A stretch of 64,000 bases of DNA from the NCBI GenBank assembly GCA_963575745.1, contig CAUYUJ010000059.1, positions 372,001 through 436,000 of the forward strand. The letters are read 5' to 3'. The stretch is from Prorocentrum cordatum (Eukaryota). Both the position numbers and the translations under genes were made by a program. Positions 38,139 to 50,100 of the stretch are shown in pieces (the first letter of the stretch is position 1; every line of letters starts with the position of its first letter). The notes under the pieces were generated by a model. That model saw nothing but the letters and a program-made list of their open reading frames with translations, was not told the DNA's origin and ran no database searches.

Positions 38139-39506
38139 CAAGCCCAAACCTCCCCGCACTTCCTCGCATCCAAGCCGAGGGGCTCGAGAAGGCGCCATCG
38201 AGTCTAGCGCGCGGCAACCTATACCCAGGCGCCGACTCTAGCGGGCAGGCACAGGACAGGCAACGCGAGAGACCATCACTCCCCTCCTCCCGTTCGCCTA
38301 CCTTCCCCCCTCAAGCATTGACGCGCCCGAGCAGCCATCAAGCGGCAGCTCCGAGGCACGCGCTTCATCCCTATACCCAGGGCCGCGCGAGCTTCCTGGC
38401 GCAAGGTTGGTAACTAATGAGGCAAGCTGCATGTCTCGCCGAGTGGTGTTTCCCACCTCCACGCAGCCCCCCCCCCCATCCGGCGACGAACGGTCAGCCG
38501 CAGGGCTGCTGCAGAGGCTAGAAGAAGACGGGGGTGAGCCATGAAAGGAGGAAGGGGGGGTAAAGTGCTGCCTGGCGATTTCGAGTCCACAGGCAGCCGA
38601 AGGTCGGACCCTGGCCCGCACTCGTGGAGAGCATGGCGCAGCTGGCACCGCCCTCACAAGAGGCAATGGGATTGCCGCTAGGGAAGAGAACGGGCAACGA
38701 AGACTCATCAACGTCGCACAGAAAACAGACGCCTGAGAGATGAAGGAGGCGAGATCGATGAATATGAGCTCTATGAGGAAGAGGGGAGAGAATGCTACGC
38801 GAAGCGCTGGAGCCAGCTGCGGCTCTGCTCTGCATCGCCACGCTCAACCCTGCGCGGTCGCTGCCCCCCTCCCTGCTGCTTGCGAGGGGAGGGGGGGTGC
38901 AACCGCGCCGCTGGGCTCTGAAGGGTCTGGGGACCCGTCTGCTGGGCAACTGCAAGCCTCCTCGATCTTGGCCACAGCGTTTGACAGCTGGGTCGCCCCG
39001 TCCGCGGTGGTTTGCGAATCTGGGGCGACGATCAGATTCGTGGCCGAGTAAGTCGGGGCCGTCACCAAAGGGTCCTCCCCGCAGGCGCCTCCTCGCGCCA
39101 TCGTCTGAGTGGGCGAAATCGGCTCGAGCGCGCGAGGCGCAGGGATCTGCGCGGGGTCGAGCTCCTCCTTGACTTCCTGCCTGGCCTGAGGCGAGGGCGT
39201 CGGCCAGGAGCCGGGCAGCGTCTCTGGTGCCTTCGGCGTCGCTGGAGCAGGAGTCGGCGGGTCGGGCTGCGCAGGCGGCGGCGTAGGAGGCCCCGGGCAC
39301 CTTCCGTGGGCCGGAGGTGCGGCCGCGCACGGTTTCGGAGACGCTCCCGTGGTCGGCGACGTCCGCGCCCGACTCGGGTTTGATTGGCGTGGCGCTCCGC
39401 CAGTCGGCCCAGTGAACCCCGACGCTGATGAGGGACCTCCGTCACTGGCCGCTCGAATTGCCTGAACAACCTGGCCAGTGGTCGCGATGCTCTGGTCCTG
39501 CTGGTT

Positions 39507-40500
39507 CTACCTGTCGATCCGCATCTTCATCACGGCCATCGTCTGCGCGACCTGATCTGGCGGTGCCGGTTGGGCTGCTGGCGCCGAAGGGGCGCGAACA
39601 GCAGCAGGCGGCGGCGGAGGCGGGCACCTGGGCTGGACGTTCAACCTCCCGATGACATTCGTCGCAGGCGGGGGCCCAGCGCCGATGGCGTGCTCAGGCG
39701 GCGGCGGGACGTAGCCAGGCTGAGCGCCGAAGGCAGGCGCACGCTCCTGCGGAGGTGGGGCCGCCTGGAGGGGCTGCTGCCAAGCGCGGGCGCCAGGGCG
39801 AGGGCCTACTCCCGCTGCGCCAGTGGCCGCCCACTCCATGTCGTCCTCGGCGCCCTCCTCCTCGAGCTCGCACTGCTCCAAATCCTTACATTCCATGTAA
39901 AGCAGGTTGATGTTGTCGAGATCACGAAGCAGCTGTGGCTCCTCATTCTGGAGATGAGCAAGCTTGTCACGTACTGCTCGTAGCTTGTAATTGGAGACGT
40001 CCCGCATCGACTTGATCTTTCCAAGCTGGACCGATATCTCGTCGCACGACTGGGCCATAAGTTTCAGCACTAAAATATATGTCACCAAAGAATGTCTACA
40101 CTTGCCCGCGTCGTGAGCGCTAAGTGCGAGAGCCTCGATCTGGTCCATCTTCCTGTACACACGAGCCTTGAAATCCTTGACCTGAGCGGGGTCTGTCGGG
40201 GCCGCTTCGAAGGTGTCGGACCAGGGCTTCTGCGGCGGGTTCCCGATGGCAGCACGAGACACGGGGACAATCCGAGATAGGAAGCCACGTAGCGCCTTGG
40301 AGCGCTGAGGGGGTCCATCACCTTTGCCCTTCTGCCCTCCCTTACCGCGGGGCGTCCTCGGCTGGCTGATGGGGCGCTGCTGTCTCCAAGACCAAGAGTG
40401 CATACTGTTCTTCACGTAGTTGCTGTCGAAATCCTGGCCGCACAGACATTGCCAATGGTGTCCTTTCACATGTCGAGCAGATGAGACGCAGTTCCAGTGA
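39507..40500 (-). CDS. Probable retroelement ORF1/Gag-like protein: N-terminal Cys motifs, helical middle, Pro/Ala-rich tail
   Basis: A 320-aa open frame with HWQCLCG near the start and a Leu/Glu-rich helical segment. It lies upstream of, and on the same strand as, the LINE pol. Confidence 0.55.
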
Positions 40501-40809
40501 CGTCCTGGGACCGGTCCCTAAGCTCGGTAAGCCACTTGAGCAGAATGATGGGAGCGAAGAAGAACCTCTGCACTGGCCAGCTTCACGAGGGTCCTCGCGT
40601 TGGACCTCTGTTGCCTCTGGCGGCGGTGCCACGAAGGCTCTGGCGCGGCACGGCGCCCTGCGGTCACTGAAACAAAAGGGAAGAAGCAACAATGGAATGT
40701 AGAAAGTGATGCGCGCGGCAGGATGCACGTCTGAGGTTCGAGCTGCACTCGGACAAGGCACACCAATCTGGAGGGGTCGGTGCCGTCCAAGCGTTGGAGC
40801 CCTAACCTT

Positions 40810-41660
40810 CTCCTCCTCCTCCTCCTCCTCCTCCTCCTCCTCCTCGACCTCCTCCTCCTCGACCTCCTCCTCCTCCTCCTCCTCCTCCTCCTCCTTCCCC
40901 TCCTCCTCCTCCTCCTCATCCCCCTCCTCCTCCTCCTCCTCCTCCTCCTCCTCCTCCTCCTCCATCCTCCTCCTCCTCCTCCCCTCCTCCTCCTCCTCCT
41001 CCTCCTCCTCCTCCTCCTCCTCCTCCTCCTCCTCCTCCTCCTCCTCCTCCTCCTCCTCCTCCTCTCCTCCCTCCTCCTCCTCCCCCTCCCCCTCCCCCTC
41101 CCCCTCCCTCTCCCCCTCCCCCCCCCTCCCCCCTCCCCCTCCCCCTCCGCCTCCTCCTCCTCCTCCTCCTCCTCCTCCTCCTCCCTCCTCCTCCTCCTCC
41201 TCCTCCTCCTCCTTCTCCTCCTCCTCGACCTCCTCCTCCTCCTCCTCCTCCTCCCCTCCTCCTCCTCCTCCTCATCCCCCTCCTCCTCCTCCTCCTCCTC
41301 CTCCTCCTCCTCCCTCCTCCATCCTCCTCCTCCTCCTCCTCCTCCTCCTCCTCCTCCTCCCTCCTCTCCTCCTCCTCCTCCTCCTCCTCCTCCTCCTCCT
41401 CCTCCTCCTCCTCCTCCTCCCTCCTCCTCCTCCTCCTCCTCCTCCTCCTCCTCCTCCTCCTCCTCCTCCCCCTCCCCCTCCCCCTCCCCTCCCCCCTCCC
41501 CCTCCCCTCCCCCTCCCCCTCCCCCTCCCCCTCCCCCTCCGCCTCCTCCTCCTCCTCCTCCTCCTCCTCCTCCTCCTCCTCCTCCTCCTCCTCCTCCTCT
41601 CCTCCTCCTCCTCCTCCTCCTCCTCCTCCTCCTCCTCCTCCTCCTCCTCCCCTCCTCCTC
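40810..41660. repeat. (CCT)n polypyrimidine microsatellite block
   Basis: Direct inspection. Confidence 0.98.
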
Positions 41661-41730
41661 TCTGGGTTTCTACCGTGCGGCAGAGACCCAAGGACCATCC
41701 GAGGGCGCGCTGGCCACAGGGACCAGCGCG

Positions 41731-41922
41731 CGGCCGAACGAAAGGGGGGATGTGGAAAGGGGGGGTCACGAAATCTGCTGCATGCAGCTGGTTTCAGCCC
41801 CACCGAGGGGCCCAGTCCTCGATACACGGCCGCCTCCCGGCGCCGGAAGGCGCCGGGAAAATCAGCTGCGTGAGCTGATTCTCAACCCCCCCTTTGCAAT
41901 CCCCCCCTTTCGCCCGGCCCGA
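41731..41922. mobile_element. 5'-damaged copy of the ~200-bp TCGGG MITE
   Basis: Same internal sequence as 43655-43857 and 63090-63286. CCAGCGCGCGGCCG occurs on both sides (41723-41736, 41925-41938). Confidence 0.85.
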
Positions 41923-43654
41923 TGCCAGCGCGCGGCCGCGCCTGCCGAAAGCAAAGGCACCACTGGTGCGAACCACAGCGCACCAGGGCCCCAAAACGCA
42001 CAAGGGAGGAGGAGGAGGAGGAGGAGGAGGAGGAGGAGGAGAAGGAGAAGGAGAAGGAGAAGGAAAAGGGCCCCCCCAACAAGACACCCACCAGGGCGCC
42101 CTGCAGCGCCCCCTTTTGCGTCGGTGCCGTTCCTCGAAAGTGAGCTCGCACTTGGGTACTCCCAGCTGCATTCTAGGAAGGTGGCCCTATGGGACGCGAT
42201 CGGCTGGGGGTGTCCTATGGTGTATGGCCCCTCGTGGGTCGGCCTCTGGCACGTGGTGCTCTATGGTTCGTGTACCGTGGCTGCTGCCCTACGATTGCTG
42301 CCTTACGGTGACGTGTGGATCGAGGTCTCGTGTCCGCGGGACGGTGCCCTCTGGTTGACGCCATATGGTCGGTGCCCTGTGGTGCCCTGTGCGATCATGC
42401 CACTTGATTGAAGTCCTCTTGTTGGTGCCATGCGGCTTGTGGCCTCTGGTTGGTGCCATCAGGCTTGCACCGCCACCTTGCTCGTCGGAAGCGCAAGGGT
42501 CTACTTTTTGAGGGCACCCGTGCTAGCAGCATCGTTCTGGGCACCTGAGGTATCGTTTTTTTTAATCGCTTCGCTCATTCCGGCGGCCCTCGAGCGCTCT
42601 ACGGGGCCTCTTTGAAGCCTCTTGGGGGCCTCTTTGGGGCCTCCTCGGAGGCCTCTTGGGGGCCTCTTGGGGGTCTCTTGTGGATCCTTGGCGGCGTCTT
42701 GAGGCCCCCTTGGGCCTCTTGGGGGGCTCTTTGGGGCCTCTTGGGGCGGGGTAGTCGAGTGCACCCCTCTCGGAGGCCGCGATCCTCGTGAGGGGTGTCG
42801 AAAAAAGGCCCTGAAAACCATCTCTGACCCGAGTCTGCCGGGACCCTGCCGGGGTACTTTTCGTCCAGGGACCCCCAGGGGCGGCCCCGCGCGCGCGAAC
42901 TAGAAATATTGTTAACCAGTTGCCGGAGATCTTAGCACGCCTCTGGCCCGTTGGGCCGGCGAATTTATCAAGGATTCCGGGAGACGGCTTCGTGAGAGGG
43001 TGCTGACCTCGTGCGGGCCTGGCGCGGCGAGCGAAGTGGCGGGAGCCGCTCGCGTGCTTTGGATCAGGATCACCTCCATACAGGATCCGGCTTGAATAAG
43101 GAAAACTTACTTTTCAAAAGGGGCTCGGTTTTTTGGCGGCAAGTCACCCTGGTGTTCCTTCGGATTTCCTAGACTCACTTGGAAAAAAGGGGCTTCGTTC
43201 CTTATGTATCGTTCCTTAGGTCAGGACGAATACCGTATGCTTCCACGTGGGACGTGCCAGAAAGGGCTCCGCCCTCGAAGGTCGAAGGAGTTGTGGCGTC
43301 TCCGCCTCGGCGGAGGGCGGCCGGAGTAGAGAGCGAGAGCGGCTGCGCCCGCGGCTAAGCCAGCGGAAGGCCTGCGAGAGCGGGCTGGTGTGAAGCGTGC
43401 GTCCGTGAGAGGTGGCAACAGTTTCGGGTCCAGTGTTAAGTCGGGCATGTCCCTCTGCAGGAGGAGTATGCAAAGATGGTCAAGAACAGTCCAGGCGCGA
43501 TGCTTCGTCTGTGGTTGACTACGTTTTGGCACGTTTGACTACCTGTATCTTGCTTCCAGAAGCCGCCTGTAGGAGGACATGCCCGACCTAAGCCCAGGGT
43601 TTCAGGATTCCGCCAACTACTTGGTTGGGATGGGGTGATCGGGGGGCACACGTT

Positions 43655-43857
43655 TCGGGCCGGACGAAAGGGGGGGATTGGGGGGATTGGGAAAGGGGTG
43701 GGTACGAAGTGTGTTGCATGCGGCTGGTTTCGGCCTCATCGAGGGGCCCAGTCCTCGATACACGGCCGCCTCCGGCGCCGGGAGGCGCCGGGAAAATCAG
43801 CTGCGTGAGCTGATTCTCAACCCCCCCCTTTGCTATCCCCCCCTTTGCCCGACCCGA
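43655..43857. mobile_element. MITE, TIR TCGGGCCGGACGAAAGGGGG / CCCCCTTTGCCCGACCCGA, TSD ACGTT
   Basis: ACGTT at 43650-43654 and 43858-43862. Internal hairpins CCGGCGCC-GGGA-GGCGCCGG and AATCAGCT-GCGTG-AGCTGATT. Confidence 0.92.
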
Positions 43858-43883
43858 ACGTTGTTTCTGTTTCGGGTCCTCAG

Positions 43884-44195
43884 GCGCTCTGGCCATGGCC
43901 AGCCGTAAAGGCAGAGAGCATCGTTTCTGCAGTACAGCGCCTCCAGCGCAGCGGGAAAGCGATAGAGTTCCCGATCACAGTGGAAATTAAGCGTAAGATG
44001 GCAAAGGCGAACGCCACACAGCTCATCAAGTTCTTAGCAAATGATAAAGTTGGCGGCAAGTTCGACCGGCAGCTATGTTTGCCGATGAGGTTGCCAGTGT
44101 TCTACGAGATCGCGGGAATGCAAGAGCAGAAGTTGCCGGATGGGTTTTCTTCGCCGGCAAGCTTTGTGAAAGCCGCAACGCTCAATGGAATACAG
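43884..44195 (+). CDS. ZNFX1-like gene, putative exon C (104 codons)
   Basis: Acceptor CCTCAG|G and donor CAG|GT, both phase 0. The protein-like sequence ALWPWPAVKAESIV...LNGIQ is an island among repeats and joins exons B and D in frame. Confidence 0.7.
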
Positions 44196-45229
44196 GTCCA
44201 AGGGCTCAAGCCAATCTACGTTGCCCCATGCATAATGTTAAAGCAGCTGTGGCGCACAAGAGGGAAAACATGTGGCGGACGAGGAGGAGGAGAAGGAAGA
44301 GGGGTCAGGTTGGCCCCCATACATCTCGAGCTGTCCGTACATATGCGTTGCGTCCCTTCGATTCGGCCCCAATCCATAAAAAGTTGGACCCCCCACCCAG
44401 CGCTCTCGCGCCCGGTCCGCATACCAGAAAAATATGCCTTTGCTTGGCGAGAGTAGTGTTGATCTCTTCCGAATCTAATCGGGTCAAGTTTCTGGGCAAG
44501 AGGAGCATTTCATCGGCCATTCACACCAGATTCGACGGTTGAGAGTATGGTGTCCTTCAAGACGTGTTTTCTCTGATCCTTGTGCTGGAGGGTGTGCGCG
44601 CAAGGTCAGGTACCAACCGTGCTTGTCTGGACACTCAAATCCATTGCAGGCTTGCGGTAGCACGTTCGCACATGCGCGCGCGATTGAATGCAATCCGTTG
44701 CGCACGTTCGAATACAAGCGAGGCGTACCACGACAAACATACAAGCATTCAAGGGTCCGTGAATGCGCCTCAGCCTCTGGACATGCACGCGCGTGCATTC
44801 GCGCACTAGCCTACCTACATTGTTGTTGGCCATGTGCCACTGTTGGTTGCGGATGTGTTTGCTTATCAGCTTATGTACAACATCACCCTCACATGAACCC
44901 GTCAGTATGATATTGGGTACTTGTGCTCATCTACACATGCATGCTTCGCGTAAAATTCATTACACACGCACGTGCTTCCACATGTGTGGGAGAGGGATTG
45001 ACGATTGACGTTGCTCTCGCCGATCCAAACAGCCATTGCGGCAGAAGCAATCACACGAGTAGCTTCAGAAACAGCGGCGGTGGTAACAGTTGGGCCAGCT
45101 GGGCGCAAGCCACGACGGGTCCCTCTGCGGGAGACGAGCCCACAAATGTCGCATGTGGGGCATGTCGTTAGGCCGCCTGGGGGAGGAAGAGGGAGGACGA
45201 GAAGAGGAAGGAAGGTGAAGGAGGCGGGA

Positions 45230-47650
45230 GTGGGGACAAGGAGGCCTCTTTCCAGTCTCTTGGGTCCCTCTTGGGATTTTGGGGGATCTTGTGGGGGTCC
45301 TCCTAGGCTGTGAGGCTTGGCCCGTCTGATGCCTTCGGAGGACGTCATGGAGATACATACGTTAGGGTGTGGTTGGCGTTATTTGGTAATCTTGGAGCTT
45401 CTTGGGCCGTCTTGGGATTATCTTGGAGGCCTCTCAGGCCGTCCTGTATTGTCAGAAGCTCTAAAAGGCGAGAACGCCAAAAAAGCATTCTAAAGCGGGA
45501 GATCGATCATTTGACTTCGTTTGGGCCGTCTTGGAGGGCCCCTTGGCGCCCTTTTGGGACGCATTGGGGGCCTTCTGGGTCTTCTTGTGGCCACGTGGGT
45601 CTCTCTCGGGACCATCCCAGCCCGCTCGCGCCATGCTGAGGCCATGTCGAGATCACATGGAGCCATCTGGAGGCTCCAAAGGCCCGGGAAGCTCGGCAAT
45701 CCAGACCCGGGGGTCGGCCGAGAGCTGGTGCCGCGGAAGGAACGCGCGAGCTGCCCACGCAGTCCTCACTGCCCTTCCGTCCTATAGCATGCCTGGCCTT
45801 CCTCGTGCGCTTCTTCTCCAGACTCCAGGCAGAGAGGAGTTATCCATAAGGAGAAGAGATGGAGAAGGAATGGAGGAGGAGGAGGAGGAGGAGGACAGGC
45901 AGGAGGGGGGCGAGCAGAAAGGCCAGAGGCCACTTGGATGCCTCGTGGGGCGTCCTGGGAGAATCTCGGCGGTCCCGGGGCGTTCTGCGCGGCCAGAGGC
46001 CGCCCGGCGCTCGCAGGCGCGCGCGCGCGCCAAGCGCCCGCCCTGCTCGGCCCGCGGGGCGGGGGGCCACGGCGGGGAAGCCTGCCCGCACGTGTGGTGG
46101 CACTCGGGCATGTCATGACGCCGCTGAGGGAGGAGGGGGTCGGGGGCGGCAGAGAGGGGGGTGATGAGTAGGGGGAGGGGGATATCATGGCATGGGCCAT
46201 GATACTTCCCCAGATTTCATGGCGCCTCTTCTCATTTCATTGCATCCCTGGCCCCCCCTTGGGCCGCGCACATGCCGCTGGCCACGATATGCACCCCCCC
46301 CTCTTGGATGCCCACCTCTTGGCCGCCCCCGAGGGGGGAGAGGATGGAGAAGAGGAGGGGAGGAGGAGAAGAAGGAGGCGGAGTTGGAGGAACACCCGGG
46401 GGGGGCCTCTGGGGGGCCCCCATCTGGGCCCGTCGTGGGGCGCTCTTGAGCAGTCCTGGGGACACCTGTGGCCTCAGACGCCCAGCGGGAACGAAAGTAC
46501 AAGAATCAGGCAACTGTGATGCACACTCAGGTCGTTCACGGATCTTGGCCTCTCGGGGAGGCGTCCTTGGGAGGCTCCAAGGCCGCGTGGAGCCATCTTG
46601 GAGGTATGCTGGAGGCTGTCTTGGACCATATGGCGCAATCCTGGAGGTCATGCAATGCGTCTGGAGCCATCTTGGAGCAATAGGTGCCCAAAAACCTCCC
46701 AATGATGCCCCCGAGCTACCAAAATCCCCTAGAATCTTGGGGCTGTTCACTGCTTTTGGCTTTGAGCGGAAGGGGGTCCTCAATCAGAGCCCCCCCGTCG
46801 GAGGCTGGCACATCGTTTCTTGGGCCGTTCTTGGGCGTTCTCGGGGGTTCCCTTGTGCGATGCTGGAGCCATTCTGAGGCTTCAGAAGCGAATCGGCCGG
46901 AAAAGGCGGGAAGCCAAAACACATTGACATACGCAGCAATCGCAACAATGTTGCACCTTTTTCTCAAGCTGTCATTTTTGCATGGTTTGGGCCTCTAGTG
47001 GGCGTCCTTGGAATGCTCCAAGGCCTCTTGGAGCCGCCTTGGAGCATATTGGAGTTATAGTGGAGCCTAGGTTGACACATGTTGGCCACTTTTGCGTCGT
47101 GTTGGAGGCAATCCTTCAGCATATGGAACCATCTAGGAGACATCGTGGCCCAAAAGCCTGCCCGAGAGGCCAAACTTGTTCAAAAGCATTGGGTGCTTTG
47201 TTGGCTTTGGGCAAAGGGGGGGTCACAATTAGAGTCTCCCCGTCGGAGGCCAAACACATTCATTGGGGCCCTGTTGGGGTGTTCTTGGGCGCTTCGTTGC
47301 CCGTCTTGGAGACATCCGTGGTTGGTCCCTCTTGGTATCCCTTTGAGAGATATTGGAGCTATGTTGAGGCCTCAGGAGCCCATCGGGAGCGAAAAGGCGA
47401 GAAGCCAAACAAACATTGAAATTGGATAGGGTATTGAAGGAGTTGGGCCTCGCGGGGGCGTTCTTGGGAGGCTCTTTGGCAATTTCGAAACTTTTTGGGG
47501 TAGGCTAGGGGCCTCTTGGAGGCATGTTCGAAACCATCTAGAGCCATCTGGGGATACATTGTGTCATCCTGCAGACCATCTTGGGCTACCCGAGGCCTTC
47601 TCGGAGCCACATTTTGGCGGAGCGCCTCTCTATGGGCCGCGCCCTCCCTG
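45230..47650. repeat. Older, diverged GGCCGTCTTGG-type satellite-derived sequence
   Basis: Scattered degenerate GGCC(A/G)TCTTGG units. Confidence 0.65.
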
Positions 47651-47764
47651 TCGAGACCAGCGGGAGCGGGGAGGGGACCCGAAAGGGGAGAAGAAGGGTG
47701 GAAGAACGAATTTGCTAAACCACCTACGCCCAGATGGCGGATGGGGTAGCGACTGACTTCCGAC

Positions 47765-47919
47765 GAAGGCATCTACACACCACCACCGTGACAGGCCAGG
47801 GTCATCCTGAGCCCCAAGATGGTGTATAGACCCTCCTGGCCTCGGCCAGGATGGCGTATACACCATGCCAGGGCCAGGATGGCCCTGGCCTGGCACGGTG
47901 GTGGTGTATAGATGCCTTC
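47765..47919. mobile_element. 155-bp fold-back element with ~45-bp terminal inverted repeats
   Basis: GAAGGCATCTACACACCACCACCGTGACAGGCCAGGGTCATCCTG pairs with CAGGATGGCCCTGGCCTGGCACGGTGGTGGTGTATAGATGCCTTC (3 mismatches). No clear TSD. Confidence 0.85.
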
Positions 47920-47938
47920 TGCGTATGACTTTTCCCAG

Positions 47939-48851
47939 GTGTACCGAACGACAATGGGAAATTTGCAGGGCGTGGCGGCGAAGATTTCGGGTGATGCCTG
48001 CAAGACACTGCTGTTCGGATACGTGTGCGCTCTGAAAGCTGAGGAGAAGGCAACGTGGCCGCCGAAGAAGGGGGCAAACAAGAGCGGACAAAGGTGGCGA
48101 GAACAGGGTTGCGATTGCGTGGAGTTCGTTCAAGAGAAGGGCTTGAGCCGTCTGGTCGTGTTCGACCCGTTCCCGTTGTATGCGACGCACCGCGTCGGCC
48201 CTTTGTCCAAGAGCGAGCTCGAGCAGCTCGCATCCTCGGTTGGCTCTGGCGCAGCTGCTGCGAGCTTAGCGCGCTGCTTCCCGGCGAACGACGAGCCAGC
48301 CAACGGGGCAAAACCGCTTGTCCATGGCAAGGGTTCGGGCGATCTTGCGGGCGCTGCTCTGGCTGATCAACCACACACGACGTCCGATGGAGCAGGCGAC
48401 CATGCTGCCGAAGGTGGTCCGAATGCCAGCGTCAGGCAGGTTGTGAAGATCGAAGAGTTGCGTGAAACATGGGCGGAGGAACTCACATTTTTCACTGGAT
48501 GGGATGGCACGACGCTGGAGCTTCCTGGCGTGAAGCCCACGAAGGAGCGAGAGCTGTTGGACAAGCTTCTGTTCATGAACCCGAAGGCAGCGACTTTTGC
48601 CGGCAAGAAGGTCCTCGAGAAACAGCTGGAGAAAGCCGTGGGGGACCCCTCCAAGGAGGTGCTCGTCTGCTACCTGCGCCTCTTGAACGCGCTGGAGCTG
48701 CTGCCCAAAGACAAGGACCAGGCGGTGGAGCAGTTCGACCTGCACCGCGCGCTGCTGAAGAAGTTGGGCGGCTCGTGCCCCGCGCACCCGCTGGCGCTGC
48801 TGGCCGCGGCGCGCATGCCCGCCGGCGCGCCGGGCGAGGACCCCTCCCAAG
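47939..48851 (+). CDS. ZNFX1-like gene, putative exon D
   Basis: Acceptor TTTTCCCAG|G (phase 0). High-GC3 coding sequence VYRTTMGNL...EDPSQ. Phase-1 GC donor AAG|GC. Confidence 0.78.
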
Positions 48852-49063
48852 GCCAGGGGCGCAGACGGGGGGACCGGCTCCGTGGGGCGGGCGGCATGGA
48901 CCCCCGATCGCCCATCCCTCGCCGATCGGGGCCCGGATGTGCCAACCTGCCCACGAGCACTGGCCCAGTGTTCCCCATGGATTGCCTGTCGCCGTTCTGG
49001 CGTCGATCGCAGTCCAGTGCTTCCCCCCTAGGCCGGCCCCCTCCTTTCCGCTCCCCTCGCAAG

Positions 49064-49278
49064 GTGACGTGTTCCTGCGAGCTTTCGCGGCGCGGTACCC
49101 CGCCGCGGCCGACGGCCTTTGCACTGACTCCGAGAGGGAGCGCATCCGCCAGCGGCTCTCGGCCAGCGATGGCGGGGGCGGCGACGACGAGGGCGGCCGC
49201 GCGCCCGGCGGCGCGCCGGAGGATCCTGTCGCGATGTGGCGCGAGCTGGTGGAGGACCTCGGCCCCTGTGCGGGGGAG
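49064..49278 (+). CDS. ZNFX1-like gene, putative exon E (3' boundary approximate)
   Basis: Acceptor AAG|G at 49063 continues in phase 1 as G-DVFLRAFAARYP...DPVAMWRELVEDLGPCA. Intron 48852-49063 is a 212-nt GC-AG intron. Confidence 0.7.
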
Positions 49279-49659
49279 GGTCGGGTTGGACGAAGGGGTC
49301 GGGCGACGAGGGCGGGCCCATGCCAAGAAGCACCCTGCTCGCCTCCAGGGTGTCCTGGGCTTCCTGGGAATTCGGGGACTGTGCTGCGGAAGGCGTGACG
49401 TTCCCACATCACAAAATCAATGGACGTCCTGGGGTCTCAGGGTTGGGTTTCTTGTGGAAGGTTTCTTGTGGACTGGCCTCCACTGTGTACGCTTCCCTTG
49501 GCTTGACCAGGGAGGGATGTGCACCGGGCCCAGGAGGGGCCTGGCCTTGGGCGGTGGCCCCCCCCGCCCCCATGCTAGCATCGGGCCCCCCACCCCCCCC
49601 GCTGGGTGGATGCGCCCGTGAGCCTCGCGAATGGGATCGCGCCCCACGGCCCAGGCCAA

Positions 49660-50100
49660 TTCGGCAAAGACCAGTTCGGCAGACCAGCAGTGCAGACCAG
49701 CGCGGTTCAGACCAGCATTGCAGATTAGCGTGATAGACCAGCTAGGCAGACTAGCTAGGCAGACCAGCACGGCATACCAGCACGGTTAGCCAGGACGGCA
49801 GACCAGCAAGGCCGGCCGACCAGCACTGCAGACCAGCACGGCAGACCAGCACGATTTAGACCAGCACGACACACCAGCGCGGCAGACCAGCGTGGCGAAT
49901 CAGCACGGCAATCCAGCACGGCAGACCAGAACGGCAGATCGGCACGGCAGACCAGCAAGACAGACGAGCACGCCAAAGACCAGTTTGGCAGACGAGCACG
50001 GCAGACCAGCCACGCAGACCACGGTTCAGACCAGCATGGTGGACCAGCGCGGTAGACCAGCAAGGCACACCAGCACAGGCAGACCAGCACAGCGGACCAA
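49660..50100. repeat. GCAGACCAGCACG ~13-bp degenerate minisatellite (also 52070-52185)
   Basis: Direct inspection. Confidence 0.85.

Noticed and set aside
29172..42411. Poly-Pro/Leu/Ser/Glu ORFs at 29.2-30.6 kb and 40.7-42.4 kb
   Set aside because: These are translations of (CCT)n microsatellites.
48852..49621. C-terminal half of ORF 47912..49621
   Set aside because: It is read-through of an intron and out-of-frame sequence; the coding signal moves to another frame at 49064.
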